A DNA stretch of 64,000 nt from Candidatus Omnitrophota bacterium (GCA_023247275.1 JAHFGT010000005.1:124-64123), one strand, 5' to 3'; counted from the first letter of the stretch, positions 27,664 to 37,486 are shown. Translations and numbers: made by a program. Notes: generated by a model from the sequence alone, not told the origin.

Positions 27664-28877
27664 CCGGTCGGCGGCGTCCCGAGATGGGTTCCGGATCGTT
27701 TGACTTCTTGCAGGATCGCAATAAGGATGCTGCCCATGACTAGTTGCAAGCCGATTAAAAACAGGGTCGCCCCGGTGAGAACGTAGACCCAATGGGTGTA
27801 GATCCGCCCGGTCGTTATGTACTCCAGGATGACCTGGCGGTTGAGCACGGGTGCTGCGAGTATTAGCAGGCCGCCGATCCAACCTGACCACCGAAGAAAC
27901 CCTCGGGTGAGCAACCACCGACCCAGCCATCCATGTTGGTGCAGCCGGTGGCCATGGAAGATTTCTACGGCATAGTTAGCAAACGCGCCGAACGTTATCA
28001 GATTGATTCCAGTGACGGCCAGGACCATGATCGTAAATAGTCGGTAGATCTCCGTGTCCTCGACCCGGCGCACGGTGAGGTAATACATGACCGGCCCGAT
28101 TCCCAACCACGCGGCAAGCGCCAGTATGGCCAGTCCGACGGCGCTAAACAGCCGCAGCGGGTTATACAGCCTGGCGATTCCGACGATGATATTCAGGAAT
28201 CGAAACCCGTCAGTCAGCGGGTTGAGTTTCGAGCGGCCCACCCGCTCATCGTACGGGATCGGCACTTCAAGGATCTTCAGTGATTCGTGATAGGCGCGGG
28301 CGCTCATCGCTGGAGTCAGATGTAGGCCGTTCGGCAGCGGGAGCAGTTGCGGCAAGACGCTTCGCCGGAACACCCGCATGCCGCTGGTGGTATCGGTGAC
28401 CTGGCGGCCCACGATCCAACTTAGCAGCTGCGCAAACAGCCGGTTGCCGATCGAACGTTCCCACGGCATGCGGCTGGCTGCTCCGCTCATTCGTGAACCG
28501 ATCACAATGTCTGCGCCCTGCTGCTCAAGCGTTTGGCACAACTGTGGAAAGTGCTCTGGAGGATACGTCCCATCAGCGTCTAGAAACCCCACGTAGCGTC
28601 CCTGCGCCGCGGCGAATCCGGTCTTGAGCGCGCTGCCGTATCCTTGGTTGACCGGGTGCTGGATAAGGCGGATCTTCGGGTACCGTTGAGCGATCGCCGC
28701 GGTCTGATCGGTTGAGCCGTCATCCACGACAATCAACTCGATGCCGTGGATGTCCGGAACGGCTCGCCGCAGGGCCGATTCCACCCGTAGGGTCCTCTCA
28801 AGGATGGCGGCCAACCCCTGCGCTTCGTTGTAGGCTGGGATTACGATCGAGAGAAGCGCGAGTTCATCGTGGTTCAT
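27660..28877 (-). CDS. Family 2 glycosyltransferase (Dpm1/polyprenol-phosphate sugar synthase-like) with C-terminal transmembrane helices
   Basis: LSIVIPAYNEAQGL, VVDDGSTDQT, and the DADG region FLDADGTYPPE. Four or more hydrophobic helices occupy the C-terminal third. Confidence 0.8.
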   Translation of the reverse strand: MNHDELALLSIVIPAYNEAQGLAAILERTLRVESALRRAVPDIHGIELIVVDDGSTDQTAAIAQRYPKIRLIQHPVNQGYGSALKTGFAAAQGRYVGFLDADGTYPPEHFPQLCQTLEQQGADIVIGSRMSGAASRMPWERSIGNRLFAQLLSWIVGRQVTDTTSGMRVFRRSVLPQLLPLPNGLHLTPAMSARAYHESLKILEVPIPYDERVGRSKLNPLTDGFRFLNIIVGIARLYNPLRLFSAVGLAILALAAWLGIGPVMYYLTVRRVEDTEIYRLFTIMVLAVTGINLITFGAFANYAVEIFHGHRLHQHGWLGRWLLTRGFLRWSGWIGGLLILAAPVLNRQVILEYITTGRIYTHWVYVLTGATLFLIGLQLVMGSILIAILQEVKRSGTHLGTPPTG

Positions 28878-29476
28878 TTATCCAAACGTGCCATGAAATG
28901 CAAGGACCGCTCAAACACCAGATTTGCCGGCCAGGGATACAGACCGAGCTGGTCGAGCCATACCGACGGCCGCAACCCTAGCGCGGCGAATGCCGCGTCC
29001 CATTCCGGCTTGGACCAATACGTGTGCGGCAACGCCACCCCGTGGCGAGCGTTTCCGACCTCATCCATGAACCGCAGCGTGGCGGTGGCCCACACCCCGT
29101 GACAGAGGTGATCTTTGATAATGACCGCCTGCGAGGCGACTCGGACCGCATCCTGGAGCAGCCTCATGGGATCGCGCGTATGGTGCAGCGTATCAATAAG
29201 CAGGACAGAATCAAAAACTCCTGCCGCATACGGCAACCGTTGGCCGTCATACCGATCTACCGGGACCCAGGTCTTGGAGCGCGCCAGCACATCCACCCCC
29301 TGGAGCTTCAGGTCTGGTCGCCGACCGACTAGAGTATGCGCCAGCGCGCCATCGCCGCATCCGACATCCAGCACGAGGGCGTGCGGCGCGATCAGTGAAT
29401 CTAGGTGGGCGGATAGCACGCGCACTCTTCGCGATGCCACATAGCCAGCGTGGATCTGCTCCAGCACCCCAGGCAT
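28874..29476 (-). CDS. Class I SAM-dependent methyltransferase
   Basis: VLDVGCGDGALAHTL (motif I) and FDSVLLIDTLHHTRDP. ATGA overlap with the GT2 start. Confidence 0.7.
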   Translation of the reverse strand: MPGVLEQIHAGYVASRRVRVLSAHLDSLIAPHALVLDVGCGDGALAHTLVGRRPDLKLQGVDVLARSKTWVPVDRYDGQRLPYAAGVFDSVLLIDTLHHTRDPMRLLQDAVRVASQAVIIKDHLCHGVWATATLRFMDEVGNARHGVALPHTYWSKPEWDAAFAALGLRPSVWLDQLGLYPWPANLVFERSLHFMARLDK

Positions 29477-29480
29477 GGGG

Positions 29481-31673
29481 TCAGTCCTTGCGCGAGCGCG
29501 CGAGATGGAATTGGGCCTGGACCGCCTCGATGGCCTGACGCTGTTGCGTATCCTCCGGAGGAATTTTAAATTCCAACAGATAGGTGAAGATCGCCTCGGC
29601 CTGCGTTGGTCGCTGCGCTTGGGCCGCGGTCATCCCCAAGAGGAACAGTTGATTCACCGGAGTCCCCGACGCAAACACGTCAATGCCTCGAGACAAATAC
29701 CGATAGGCGGTTCGTGGCGGCCCGAGTTTGGCGTAGACCCGGCCGATTCGCATGTACAGCGAGGACCGGCGAGACGGATCGGTCTTCTTCAGCGCCGTCC
29801 GATAACATGCCAACGCCGCTCTCAAGGCGCTGGTCCGCTCCAGCAACTCGCCGTTGAGGATAAAGCTTTCCGGAAACTCTGGATATTGGTCGACCACGGT
29901 GTGCGCGAAAGGCAACGCCTCGGCCGGCGCTCCGCGCTCAGACAGGATCATCGCCACCAGCGTGTTCAACCGTCGGCTCTGCGGATAGATATTCAGCAGT
30001 CGGCGGGATTCTTCAAGCACCTGGTCAGGATCGACCGTCCGCAGCCAGTGTTCGTCTTGTTGATCGTCTTGAAATGGGTTCAGCACTCGCAGTTCGTACT
30101 GCGCAGCGAGTTGTGGATGGTGCTGGCGATTGGCGTAAAGCACTTCCACCTCGTCAAAGAAAACAGGAACGAACTGAGGAAACGGCGCGATGACGGTCCC
30201 AAAGGACGGGTGTTCTCTGGGGACGCAGAGAAACGAGGGGTCATAGCGCGCGAGAACGCGTCCAAGGATCACAGGGTCTGTCAACGCGTGCTCGGACACA
30301 TAAAAATCATCGTCCCGGAATGTGGAGTCGACGTCCATCAAGATTCGATAGCTCGGACGAATCATCCATCGCAGATATCCACCGGTATTTTGGACGTTCC
30401 ATACCTTGCCGCCGACATCGACGCGATTGAGGAAGGCCGAAATGCCTTGCGGGAGGGCAGAATGGGAAAGTGGGTATGTCCCCCCATGCCCGATTCCCCA
30501 GACGTCCCGCGCGCTGCTGAACGTCACCGCAATCAGCAGCCCGACCAAGGCCCAGGGCCGGTGCGCTGACGCCCCAGTTCCCTGCTCAACTGGGAGGGAT
30601 AACCAGGCCCGCAACAGGGGCAACGCCAGCAACATGAACTCGAACATAAAACGATTCGCTTTCCAGAGAAGCACGAACCCCACCAGATACAGCACGAGGG
30701 CGCTGAGCCGCACCTGACGCTTAACCGACACGCTCCATGCCGCCATGATACTGGCCAGCAGGAACAGCGTAAAGATCCCTTGGATGGATAGCGCGAACCC
30801 GTCGAGATGCAGCGTACCTAGCGAATCCGGCCCCTGGGGCATCAGCTCGTGGACCCGCAGCGAGAGGAACTTCAGATTTCGAAACGGCGTGGTTAAGAGA
30901 GCGAGTCCAGACGGGGTCAAGTACACCGCCAGCACGCACAAGATGATCGGCGCGATAGAGTCTCGCTCGATGGCTGGATCAGGCGGTTGACCGCGGAGTC
31001 GTCCCAGGACATGCTCCAGCACATACGCCCCGCAGATCGCTAACAGGATCGGGTAGGCCACCCCGTGCAGGTTGCACCACAGGACGGCGACAGGAACCAG
31101 GAGAATCGCGCGCCGTGGATGAAACTCGAATACATACAGGAAGAGAGCGATGCTCAAATAGGTGAACATGTGCGGCCGCACGCTCCAGTACCGTTGCGGC
31201 ATGAACAGGCAGTACGCAAGGCTGAACCCCACCAGCGACCAGCCGGTGGCTGACTGTGCTTGCCCTCGCCAGAGATAGCGTAGGATGATCGCAACCGTGA
31301 TCATGTAACATGCGGATCGCAGCAGGATGAGCCCGTAGTAACCAGAACACTGGTACAACTGGTAGACCAGCGCCTGGAACAACCATCGATAGTTGGGCAT
31401 CACCCGCGGGGGTTCAAGAAAGGAAAAGAAACTATGACTCGGAATATGGCCGTACTGAAACAGATACCGGCCATCGCTCAGATGAATCCAGATATCCGAG
31501 TCGATCTGCTGAATCGGCTGGGTGAGCAGCGAGAGCGCACTACCGGCGAACACGATGAAGACCAGCATGAAACCACCGTACCGCCAGACCGCATCGATCC
31601 GTTGCCGGATCTGCCTAGCCGATGAGCTGGGTCTTGATCTGTTCACAATGGAGGCTGGGATCTGAGAGGACAA
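29481..31673 (-). CDS. Large polytopic membrane protein (GT-C-like, putative periplasmic glycosyltransferase) with C-terminal TPR domain
   Basis: About 10 or more predicted TM helices over ~430 aa, with an acidic first-loop motif DSDIWIHLSDGRY. The C-terminal ~250 aa has TPR-like repeats. The exact start is uncertain: the track start overlaps the rng 3' end by 59 nt, and the next ATG is at 31568. Confidence 0.55.
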   Translation of the reverse strand: MSSQIPASIVNRSRPSSSARQIRQRIDAVWRYGGFMLVFIVFAGSALSLLTQPIQQIDSDIWIHLSDGRYLFQYGHIPSHSFFSFLEPPRVMPNYRWLFQALVYQLYQCSGYYGLILLRSACYMITVAIILRYLWRGQAQSATGWSLVGFSLAYCLFMPQRYWSVRPHMFTYLSIALFLYVFEFHPRRAILLVPVAVLWCNLHGVAYPILLAICGAYVLEHVLGRLRGQPPDPAIERDSIAPIILCVLAVYLTPSGLALLTTPFRNLKFLSLRVHELMPQGPDSLGTLHLDGFALSIQGIFTLFLLASIMAAWSVSVKRQVRLSALVLYLVGFVLLWKANRFMFEFMLLALPLLRAWLSLPVEQGTGASAHRPWALVGLLIAVTFSSARDVWGIGHGGTYPLSHSALPQGISAFLNRVDVGGKVWNVQNTGGYLRWMIRPSYRILMDVDSTFRDDDFYVSEHALTDPVILGRVLARYDPSFLCVPREHPSFGTVIAPFPQFVPVFFDEVEVLYANRQHHPQLAAQYELRVLNPFQDDQQDEHWLRTVDPDQVLEESRRLLNIYPQSRRLNTLVAMILSERGAPAEALPFAHTVVDQYPEFPESFILNGELLERTSALRAALACYRTALKKTDPSRRSSLYMRIGRVYAKLGPPRTAYRYLSRGIDVFASGTPVNQLFLLGMTAAQAQRPTQAEAIFTYLLEFKIPPEDTQQRQAIEAVQAQFHLARSRKD

Positions 31674-33129
31674 GAATCTTCGAATGGCTCTGCGCCTCGA
31701 TCGCGCTCAAACCAGGCCGGTCCTCTTGCAGCAATCGCATCGCCACCTGTGGGTGAACCAGCAGCTCTAACGTCTTGTGCTGGACGTTCTGCAGGGCTCG
31801 TTTGGCGTGCCGAATGGCCTCGATGGCCATCGTCACGCTGGATTTCACAGTCCCCCGCCCTGAACAATATGGGCAAGGCTGGTAACTAACGGTCTGCACC
31901 GACCGGCGCATGCGTTGCCGGGTCAGCTCGGCAACGCAGATCTCTGAAAATGAGACCAGGTTGGTCTTCGCGCGGTCCCGCGCGAGGGCATCCTCAAGCG
32001 TCTTGACCAGTTCCCGTCGATGGGCTGGAACATCGAGATCAATAAAATCGATCACCACAATCCCACCCACATCCCGCAGCCGCAATTGTCGAGCCACTTC
32101 TACAGCCGCTTCCTTATCGACTTGGAACGCCGTGTCCTCAAGGTTTCGTCGGCCGGTGAACTTTGCCGTATTCACGTCGATCGCGACCAGACTCTCGGTT
32201 GGCTCGATGACGATTGAGCCGCCTGATGGGAGCTGCACATTCTTGTCGAACAAGGCGGCGATCTGCTCGTCTAATCCTTCCTTCTCATACAACGGCTGGT
32301 CACCGCGGTACAGTTCTAGGCGGGCCTTCACGCCAGGGATCAGCACTTGGAGGAATCGACGCAGGCGGTGAAACTCGGTCTTGGAGTCCACCACGATCCG
32401 ATGCGTCTCCTCGGTGAAACTGTCTCGGATCACCCGTTGGGCCAGGTCATACTCTTGGTAGACGCAGGCTGGGGCTTTGGCTCGGGCAGCGCTGCGCTTA
32501 ATCTGCTGGTAGATCCGCGACAGGTACCGCACATCACGAGCGAACTCTTTTTCTCCTTTGCCTTCTCCTGCGGTCCGGATAATCAGGCCGGCTTCCTGCG
32601 AAAATCGTAACTTATTCAGGATGTCACGCAGCCGAATTCGCTGCTGGGGATCCTCAATGCGTTTCGACACGCCCAGTCGCGGATCGTTGCACATCAATAC
32701 CATGTACCGACCCGGCAGGCTCAGATGCGTCGTGAGCCGCGCCCCCTTGGTGCCAAACGGCTCTTTCACGACCTGCACGAGTAATTCTTGGTTGATCTTG
32801 AGGACATCCTCGATCCGCGACCGGCGGTGCGATGGCTGAGGTCGGGCTGGCTCTGCGGCGGCCTCACCCTCCAGGATCGCGTCCTCATCCGGTTTCGGCT
32901 CGATGATATCCGCGACATAGAGAAAGCCGTTCTTTCCCAAGCCAATATCAACGAAGGCGGCCCCAATCCCCGGAACGACCGACGTCACCCGGCCTTTGTA
33001 GATGCTACCGACCATCCGGGTGTCCGAAGCCCGCTCAACGTAGAACTCCTCAAGCCGTTTTCCCTCGGTCACCGCGACCCGAGTTTCTTGCGCATCAGCG
33101 CTAATAAAAATCTCACGCATCGTCTCCAT
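31615..33129 (-). CDS. rng: Ribonuclease G/E family endoribonuclease
   Basis: S1 domain SIYKGRVTSVVPGIGAAFVDIGLGKNGFLY, catalytic core VAIDVNTAKF...DFIDL, and C-terminal CPYCSGRG. Confidence 0.85.
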   Translation of the reverse strand: METMREIFISADAQETRVAVTEGKRLEEFYVERASDTRMVGSIYKGRVTSVVPGIGAAFVDIGLGKNGFLYVADIIEPKPDEDAILEGEAAAEPARPQPSHRRSRIEDVLKINQELLVQVVKEPFGTKGARLTTHLSLPGRYMVLMCNDPRLGVSKRIEDPQQRIRLRDILNKLRFSQEAGLIIRTAGEGKGEKEFARDVRYLSRIYQQIKRSAARAKAPACVYQEYDLAQRVIRDSFTEETHRIVVDSKTEFHRLRRFLQVLIPGVKARLELYRGDQPLYEKEGLDEQIAALFDKNVQLPSGGSIVIEPTESLVAIDVNTAKFTGRRNLEDTAFQVDKEAAVEVARQLRLRDVGGIVVIDFIDLDVPAHRRELVKTLEDALARDRAKTNLVSFSEICVAELTRQRMRRSVQTVSYQPCPYCSGRGTVKSSVTMAIEAIRHAKRALQNVQHKTLELLVHPQVAMRLLQEDRPGLSAIEAQSHSKILVLSDPSLHCEQIKTQLIG

Positions 33130-33204
33130 GCGAACCCACTGGTATCCTTTCCATCTCAGCCTGTCGTGCAGGCCTGAAATATTTCCTGCATCAAAGTTTG
33201 GCCG

Positions 33205-33210
33205 ATTATA
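33205..33210 (-). promoter_or_regulatory. Perfect TATAAT -10 hexamer upstream of rng (no convincing -35)
   Basis: On the minus strand TATAAT is at 33210..33205, 75 nt upstream of the rng ATG. The -35 region reads TATGAA, a poor match. Confidence 0.3.
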
Positions 33211-33217
33211 CGTGGAA

Positions 33218-34780
33218 TCAGCCGACTTTCATAGTGGTTCGACCGCGAGCGCCCAAATCCCAGATGAGAGAGAGGACCATGACACCCATAAGCCACCACG
33301 CGATCCACAGTGGTATCACGGCACGGGGTGGCGGGACAGTGAATGGCGTTCCGGGCTGCCGGAAAATAGTCACGATCTCATCATCGGTCACTAACGTGAC
33401 TCCTGGTTGGTGTACGAGCTGCTGCGGTACCGGCTCGAACTTGAACCACATCAACACCTGTGCCGCGTCGCGCGGCTCAAACAGTTTCGCTGGGGAAATC
33501 TCATTGAGCATCGCCGATGCTGTGGGATGAGCCAGCAACGCGGCCACCCATCCCACCGCATACGGCGCGTTCGACCACAGAATCTCCCCTGGACGTGCGA
33601 TACGCTGCACGGAATCCACGACACCACGCATCGCCCGACTGCCGAGCCCGGTTTGGCTCTGTAGACCAGCTACCGGCTCTTCTGTTGCCATACCAGCTCG
33701 CCAGTTGATCCGGCCAGACGACCACACCGCAACCGTAGCAACCTGCAACACGAGCACCAGGCACAGGGTGATCAGCCAGCGAAGATTGCTCCATGGAGCA
33801 CGGATTGTGGCGATCGCACACGCTTGTTGTCGTTGAATCGTCGTCGCGAGCCACCCAGCAACTCGATCTAATCCAATGCCAGCCAGTATCAGTACCGGAA
33901 TCAACCCCTCGCCGTTCAACCAACGATACCGGTAGACCGGCGCGAAAACCGCCATCCCGATGAGGCAGGCCATCAACCACGCGTAACGGCTCTTGGAGCG
34001 CCAGCAGACCCACAGGCCGATCAACCCTGCACCCCACAGCATGATTGGCAGTTGCACGACAGCGTTCTCATATCGTGCGATGGGATGGAGAAACGCCCGG
34101 TGATGCCACAGATGCCACCACCAAGGGATGACCAGCAACACTCCCCACGCCGAAGCCAGAATCTCGTGGCGCCGATCTGGCCGCAGTGCCCAATAGATCA
34201 AACCCATCACGCCTGCAACCGCTGGCAGTCCAAGGTGCGTATAGCACAACAGCGCGACTAGTAGTCCTGCCGCCATCACGCGTCGTTGTTCGATGGCCTC
34301 GATCCACCACAAGAGTTCGATCAGCCCTAACGCAGCCGCCAGCGCCATGGCGGTATGGTGATGGAAACTTGGAACCGTCAACGTGACGGCAAGACAGGCC
34401 AGCCCCACATCCACGCCACACCGTCGTCGTGTCACCAGCCATAGGCTGGCGACCAGGAGCGTTGGCAACACGACACTTAGCAGCCGAATCGCTTCCAACG
34501 GTGGAAGATGCCATTGAATCAATCCGGCCAGCAGCACGTGGAGCACCGGCGGATACAGATTCGGCCGACCGACAGGGGCCCACTGCCATGTTTCAAACCC
34601 AATCGGGCCACCGGCTGCAACGACTTCTTGCGCCACGAGCAGATGGTAGGCAGGATCCAACATCACCGGCAGCCGCGGCCATTGTCCAGCCCAGCTTACG
34701 GTAAACACACCCCAGAGTAGCCATGGCAGCCATTGCGCTGCCCGCGACTGAGGTCGCGGACTCCCCACCAGACCGCTCAC
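33218..34780 (-). CDS. Polytopic membrane protein, possibly GT-C-type glycosyltransferase
   Basis: 520 aa with ~11 hydrophobic helices and many Trp/His. The first loop contains DPAYHLL. GTG start overlaps the rsmE stop (GTGA). I recognise no confident family. Confidence 0.45.
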   Translation of the reverse strand: MSGLVGSPRPQSRAAQWLPWLLWGVFTVSWAGQWPRLPVMLDPAYHLLVAQEVVAAGGPIGFETWQWAPVGRPNLYPPVLHVLLAGLIQWHLPPLEAIRLLSVVLPTLLVASLWLVTRRRCGVDVGLACLAVTLTVPSFHHHTAMALAAALGLIELLWWIEAIEQRRVMAAGLLVALLCYTHLGLPAVAGVMGLIYWALRPDRRHEILASAWGVLLVIPWWWHLWHHRAFLHPIARYENAVVQLPIMLWGAGLIGLWVCWRSKSRYAWLMACLIGMAVFAPVYRYRWLNGEGLIPVLILAGIGLDRVAGWLATTIQRQQACAIATIRAPWSNLRWLITLCLVLVLQVATVAVWSSGRINWRAGMATEEPVAGLQSQTGLGSRAMRGVVDSVQRIARPGEILWSNAPYAVGWVAALLAHPTASAMLNEISPAKLFEPRDAAQVLMWFKFEPVPQQLVHQPGVTLVTDDEIVTIFRQPGTPFTVPPPRAVIPLWIAWWLMGVMVLSLIWDLGARGRTTMKVG

Positions 34781-35502
34781 CAGGCGCCTAAGACGGCTTG
34801 AACAATGGCGATGGTGGCAATCGCCGCGGTTTCAGAGCGCAGCACCTCGCGACCCAGACTGACCAGCGTGGCGCCATGCGCTGTCGCGGCCTGAACTTCT
34901 ACGGGGGAGAAATCGCCCTCTGGCCCGATCAGCACCGCTACATCAGTCGCAGGTTTCAAGCGTTGCAGCGCATCGATGAGTGGCGTACGCTCGCCGGCCA
35001 ACGTTGGCAGAATCATCGGCAGGCGATGAATCTGGTCAAGCGCTCGTGCAAAGGAAACCGGCTCGTTGATCTGGGGCAACATCGGCTGCCCACACTGCTC
35101 GGCTGCTGATCGCGCGATGCGGCGCCACCGTTCGACCCGATGCGCACCCCCTGCCCGCTTAAGACTATGTTCGGTCATCATCGGAATGAGTGCGGCCACC
35201 CCAAGCTCGGTCGCCTTCTCCACGATCCACTCAAACCGCTCCAACCGGATCACGGCGATGGCAAGCACACATCGCACTCGCTGGGCCGGCTCGATCCGCT
35301 TGCGCGTTGTCCGGACATCAATGTGATCCCGAGCCAACTCGACGATCGTGCCCTCGTAGATTCCGCCCTGCCCGTCGAAACATTCCAGCGAAGCTCCCCG
35401 GCGCAGCCGCAGCACATGGACGAGATGGTGAATCGTCTGGCGCTCGCGGATCACAATGGAATCATCTTGGAACGCACTGGGAGGAAGAACAACCCGGGAC
35501 AT
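34777..35502 (-). CDS. rsmE: 16S rRNA (uracil1498-N3)-methyltransferase
   Basis: HHLVHVLRLRRGASLECFDGQG and C-terminal VLIGPEGDFSPVEV...LGREVLRSETAAI. The start is set at ATG 35502 (MSRVVL). Confidence 0.8.
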   Translation of the reverse strand: MSRVVLPPSAFQDDSIVIRERQTIHHLVHVLRLRRGASLECFDGQGGIYEGTIVELARDHIDVRTTRKRIEPAQRVRCVLAIAVIRLERFEWIVEKATELGVAALIPMMTEHSLKRAGGAHRVERWRRIARSAAEQCGQPMLPQINEPVSFARALDQIHRLPMILPTLAGERTPLIDALQRLKPATDVAVLIGPEGDFSPVEVQAATAHGATLVSLGREVLRSETAAIATIAIVQAVLGAW

Positions 35503-35545
35503 ACAAAGCGGTCGGTTTTCAGGCAAGGACGGCAAATCTACGTTC

Positions 35546-35621
35546 TGGTGGAGCAGAGGGGGATCGAACCCCTGGCCTCGACAGTGCGATTGTCGCGCTC
35601 TCCCAGCTGAGCTACTGCCCC
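35546..35621 (-). tRNA. tRNA-Ala (anticodon CGC), CCA encoded
   Basis: Minus strand: GGGGCAGTAGCTCAGCTGGGAGAGCGCGACAATCGCACTGTCGAGGCCAGGGGTTCGATCCCCCTCTGCTCCACCA. It folds by hand as a cloverleaf with anticodon loop AT-CGC-AC, the G3:U70 alanine identity pair, and T-loop TTCGATC. Confidence 0.93.
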
Positions 35622-35634
35622 TGTTCAGGCCGAT

Positions 35635-35663
35635 ATTTTGTCACGAATACGGCTGCGCGTCAA
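35635..35663 (-). promoter_or_regulatory. Candidate promoter of tRNA-Ala
   Basis: On the minus strand: TTGACG (35663..35658), 17 nt, CAAAAT (35640..35635). It lies 13 nt upstream of the tRNA 5' end. Confidence 0.35.
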
Positions 35664-35673
35664 ACCGCATCAG

Positions 35674-35723
35674 AGAAGAAAAACCCGCTGCTTCTCTCTT
35701 GAGCCGGAGAGAGAAGCAGCGGG
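35674..35723 (-). terminator. Rho-independent terminator downstream of the major pilin gene
   Basis: The minus-strand RNA has a perfect 15-bp stem (CCCGCUGCUUCUCUC / GAGAGAAGCAGCGGG), a ~10-nt loop, then UUUUUCUUCU. Confidence 0.75.
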
Positions 35724-35792
35724 CGGCTCTTCAGCATCAAGAATGAAACCGCTTCCTCCCGTAGTGGCACGTTCGGTTCGTTCTCGTATGCG

Positions 35793-36176
35793 TTAGCAGC
35801 TCGCTGGCAAACCGTAGGTTGGCGTATCGTTCGTACAGACCTTGCCGGAATCAAAGTTGGTCTGGATCGTTTTGCCACCAGCAACCCGGGTCGCCGTTCC
35901 TAAACTCCCTGCCGCCCCATAGTTCCACAGGGCGGAGTTGGCGATATCAACGTCCAGCTCGGTGAGGTTTGCCGTGTAGATGTTGGTCGCACTCCCCGCC
36001 CTGTACCGTTGTTCTGCCCCGCGCATCGTGGCCAACATCTGCAACGCCTCGGCTGACCGAGATCGTTCGGCCGTCCGGAAGTACTGCGGCAACGCAATTG
36101 TCGCGAGCACCGCGATGATCACCACGACCATCAACAGCTCCAGCAAGGTAAAACCCTGTTCTCTCTGCGTGTTCAT
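35793..36176 (-). CDS. pilA: Type IV (a) major pilin candidate
   Basis: MNTQREQG|FTLLELLMVVVIIAVLATIALPQY has the class III signal peptide with Glu+5. It is 127 aa with a C-terminal Cys pair (KVCTNDTPTYGLPASC). A strong SD (GAAGGAGGGGG) precedes it and a strong terminator follows. Confidence 0.8.
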   Translation of the reverse strand: MNTQREQGFTLLELLMVVVIIAVLATIALPQYFRTAERSRSAEALQMLATMRGAEQRYRAGSATNIYTANLTELDVDIANSALWNYGAAGSLGTATRVAGGKTIQTNFDSGKVCTNDTPTYGLPASC

Positions 36177-36248
36177 GACCCCCTCCTTCGTTCATCGACA
36201 GCTCATACGGATCATTGCAATGAACGCCAACACCTCCATTCGTATACT

Positions 36249-37481
36249 TTAGTGCACACGGACCCCGGTTGCCAAGCCAAAAATTGGCAAGTACATCGAG
36301 ATCACAATCGTCCCGACCAGGACCGCCATCACCGCAATGGCGATCGGCTCAAACAACACCGTCAACCGTTCGATAAAGGTTGAGACCCGTTCTTCATAGT
36401 ACGACGCTACCTTATCGAGCATCTTCCCCAGTTGGCCGATTTCTTCGCCGACCTGGATCATCTGGACCATCATCGGAGGAAACAAGGGGATCCGGCTCAT
36501 CGGCTCAGCCATCGGCTGGCCTTCGCGGACATACTCGCGAACATCCGCGATCGCCTGACCATACACTTTATTGGACGCGCTGTGCGACATGATTTCCAGG
36601 CTGAACAAAATCGGCACACCGCTATTCAGCAGGGTTGACAAGCCCCGGGAAAACTGGGCCAGTTGAAACTGCTGAAACAGTTTTTGGAAGACCGGGATCT
36701 TCAGCACGAGTCGATCCAACAGCCACCGACCCGACTCGGTTTGCAGATACCGCCGCAGCAGATGCCACGCGAGCACAAACCCGGCCAGCACGAGCACGAA
36801 ATAATGCCGGATGACGTCGCTGATTCCGACAATAACCCGTGTCATCAAGGGCAAGTTGCTGCCCAGCGACTTGAAGATCGTGCTGAAAATCGGAATGATC
36901 TTGATCGCGAACACGAGCATCACGACCACGCACGCAATCATCAGAAATGCCGGATAGGTGAGCGCGGTCATCGCTTTCCGCTGCAAGGTACGAGCCGACT
37001 CCAAATAACCGGCGAGCTGATCTAAGGAGGCGGCCAGGTTACCGCTCGCCTCCCCAGATTCCACGAGGTTCACCCAAAAAGACGTGAACAGTTTTGGGTG
37101 TTGCGCCATCGCTTGGTGTAACGCGCGTCCGGCTTCGACATCTTGCCGAATCTGCTCAACGGCCAGCAGCAGCGGGCGGCTCTCTACCTGGCTTGAAACA
37201 ATTTCCAGACTTTTCAACAACGGCAGGCCAGCCTCGATGAGCGTCGCCAGTTGTTGGCAGAAGAGCACCTTGTCATCAACGGTCACACGGCCTAAAAGCC
37301 GGCGCTGCACTGGCTGTTGTGTGAGCGTGTTGTGCGCTGCCCCATTGCTTCGCGAGAGCTGGGTGACGTACAGTCCCCGGTGCTGAAGAATACCGACCAC
37401 CTCATCTTCATCCACCGCTTCGAGGTGGCCGCTCTTCATCGCCCCGGATTGATCGCGAGCAAGATATACAAAATTTGGCAT
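36249..37481 (-). CDS. pilC: Type IV pilus / T2SS platform protein PilC/GspF
   Basis: 410 aa with a duplicated GspF domain and three TM segments. Typical PilC N-terminus FVYLARDQSGAMKSGHLEA. Confidence 0.9.
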   Translation of the reverse strand: MPNFVYLARDQSGAMKSGHLEAVDEDEVVGILQHRGLYVTQLSRSNGAAHNTLTQQPVQRRLLGRVTVDDKVLFCQQLATLIEAGLPLLKSLEIVSSQVESRPLLLAVEQIRQDVEAGRALHQAMAQHPKLFTSFWVNLVESGEASGNLAASLDQLAGYLESARTLQRKAMTALTYPAFLMIACVVVMLVFAIKIIPIFSTIFKSLGSNLPLMTRVIVGISDVIRHYFVLVLAGFVLAWHLLRRYLQTESGRWLLDRLVLKIPVFQKLFQQFQLAQFSRGLSTLLNSGVPILFSLEIMSHSASNKVYGQAIADVREYVREGQPMAEPMSRIPLFPPMMVQMIQVGEEIGQLGKMLDKVASYYEERVSTFIERLTVLFEPIAIAVMAVLVGTIVISMYLPIFGLATGVRVH

Positions 37482-37486
37482 GAGGG

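Noticed and set aside
35546-35792. tRNA-Ala as an integration site of a genomic island or prophage carrying the pilus locus.
   Set aside because: There is no integrase and no direct repeat of the tRNA 3' end that I could find near 47.2-47.5 kb. The gene next to the tRNA is separated from it by a normal terminator and promoter. Only the apparently lower GC of 43.6-47.2 kb remains, and it is reported as part of the fibre finding.
35660-35884. A 74-aa minus-strand track ORF spanning the pilA 3' end and the terminator, and a 94-aa ORF at 54092..54376.
   Set aside because: Both run through obvious RNA hairpins or overlap better-supported features in another frame. Their composition is implausible, and they have no SD.
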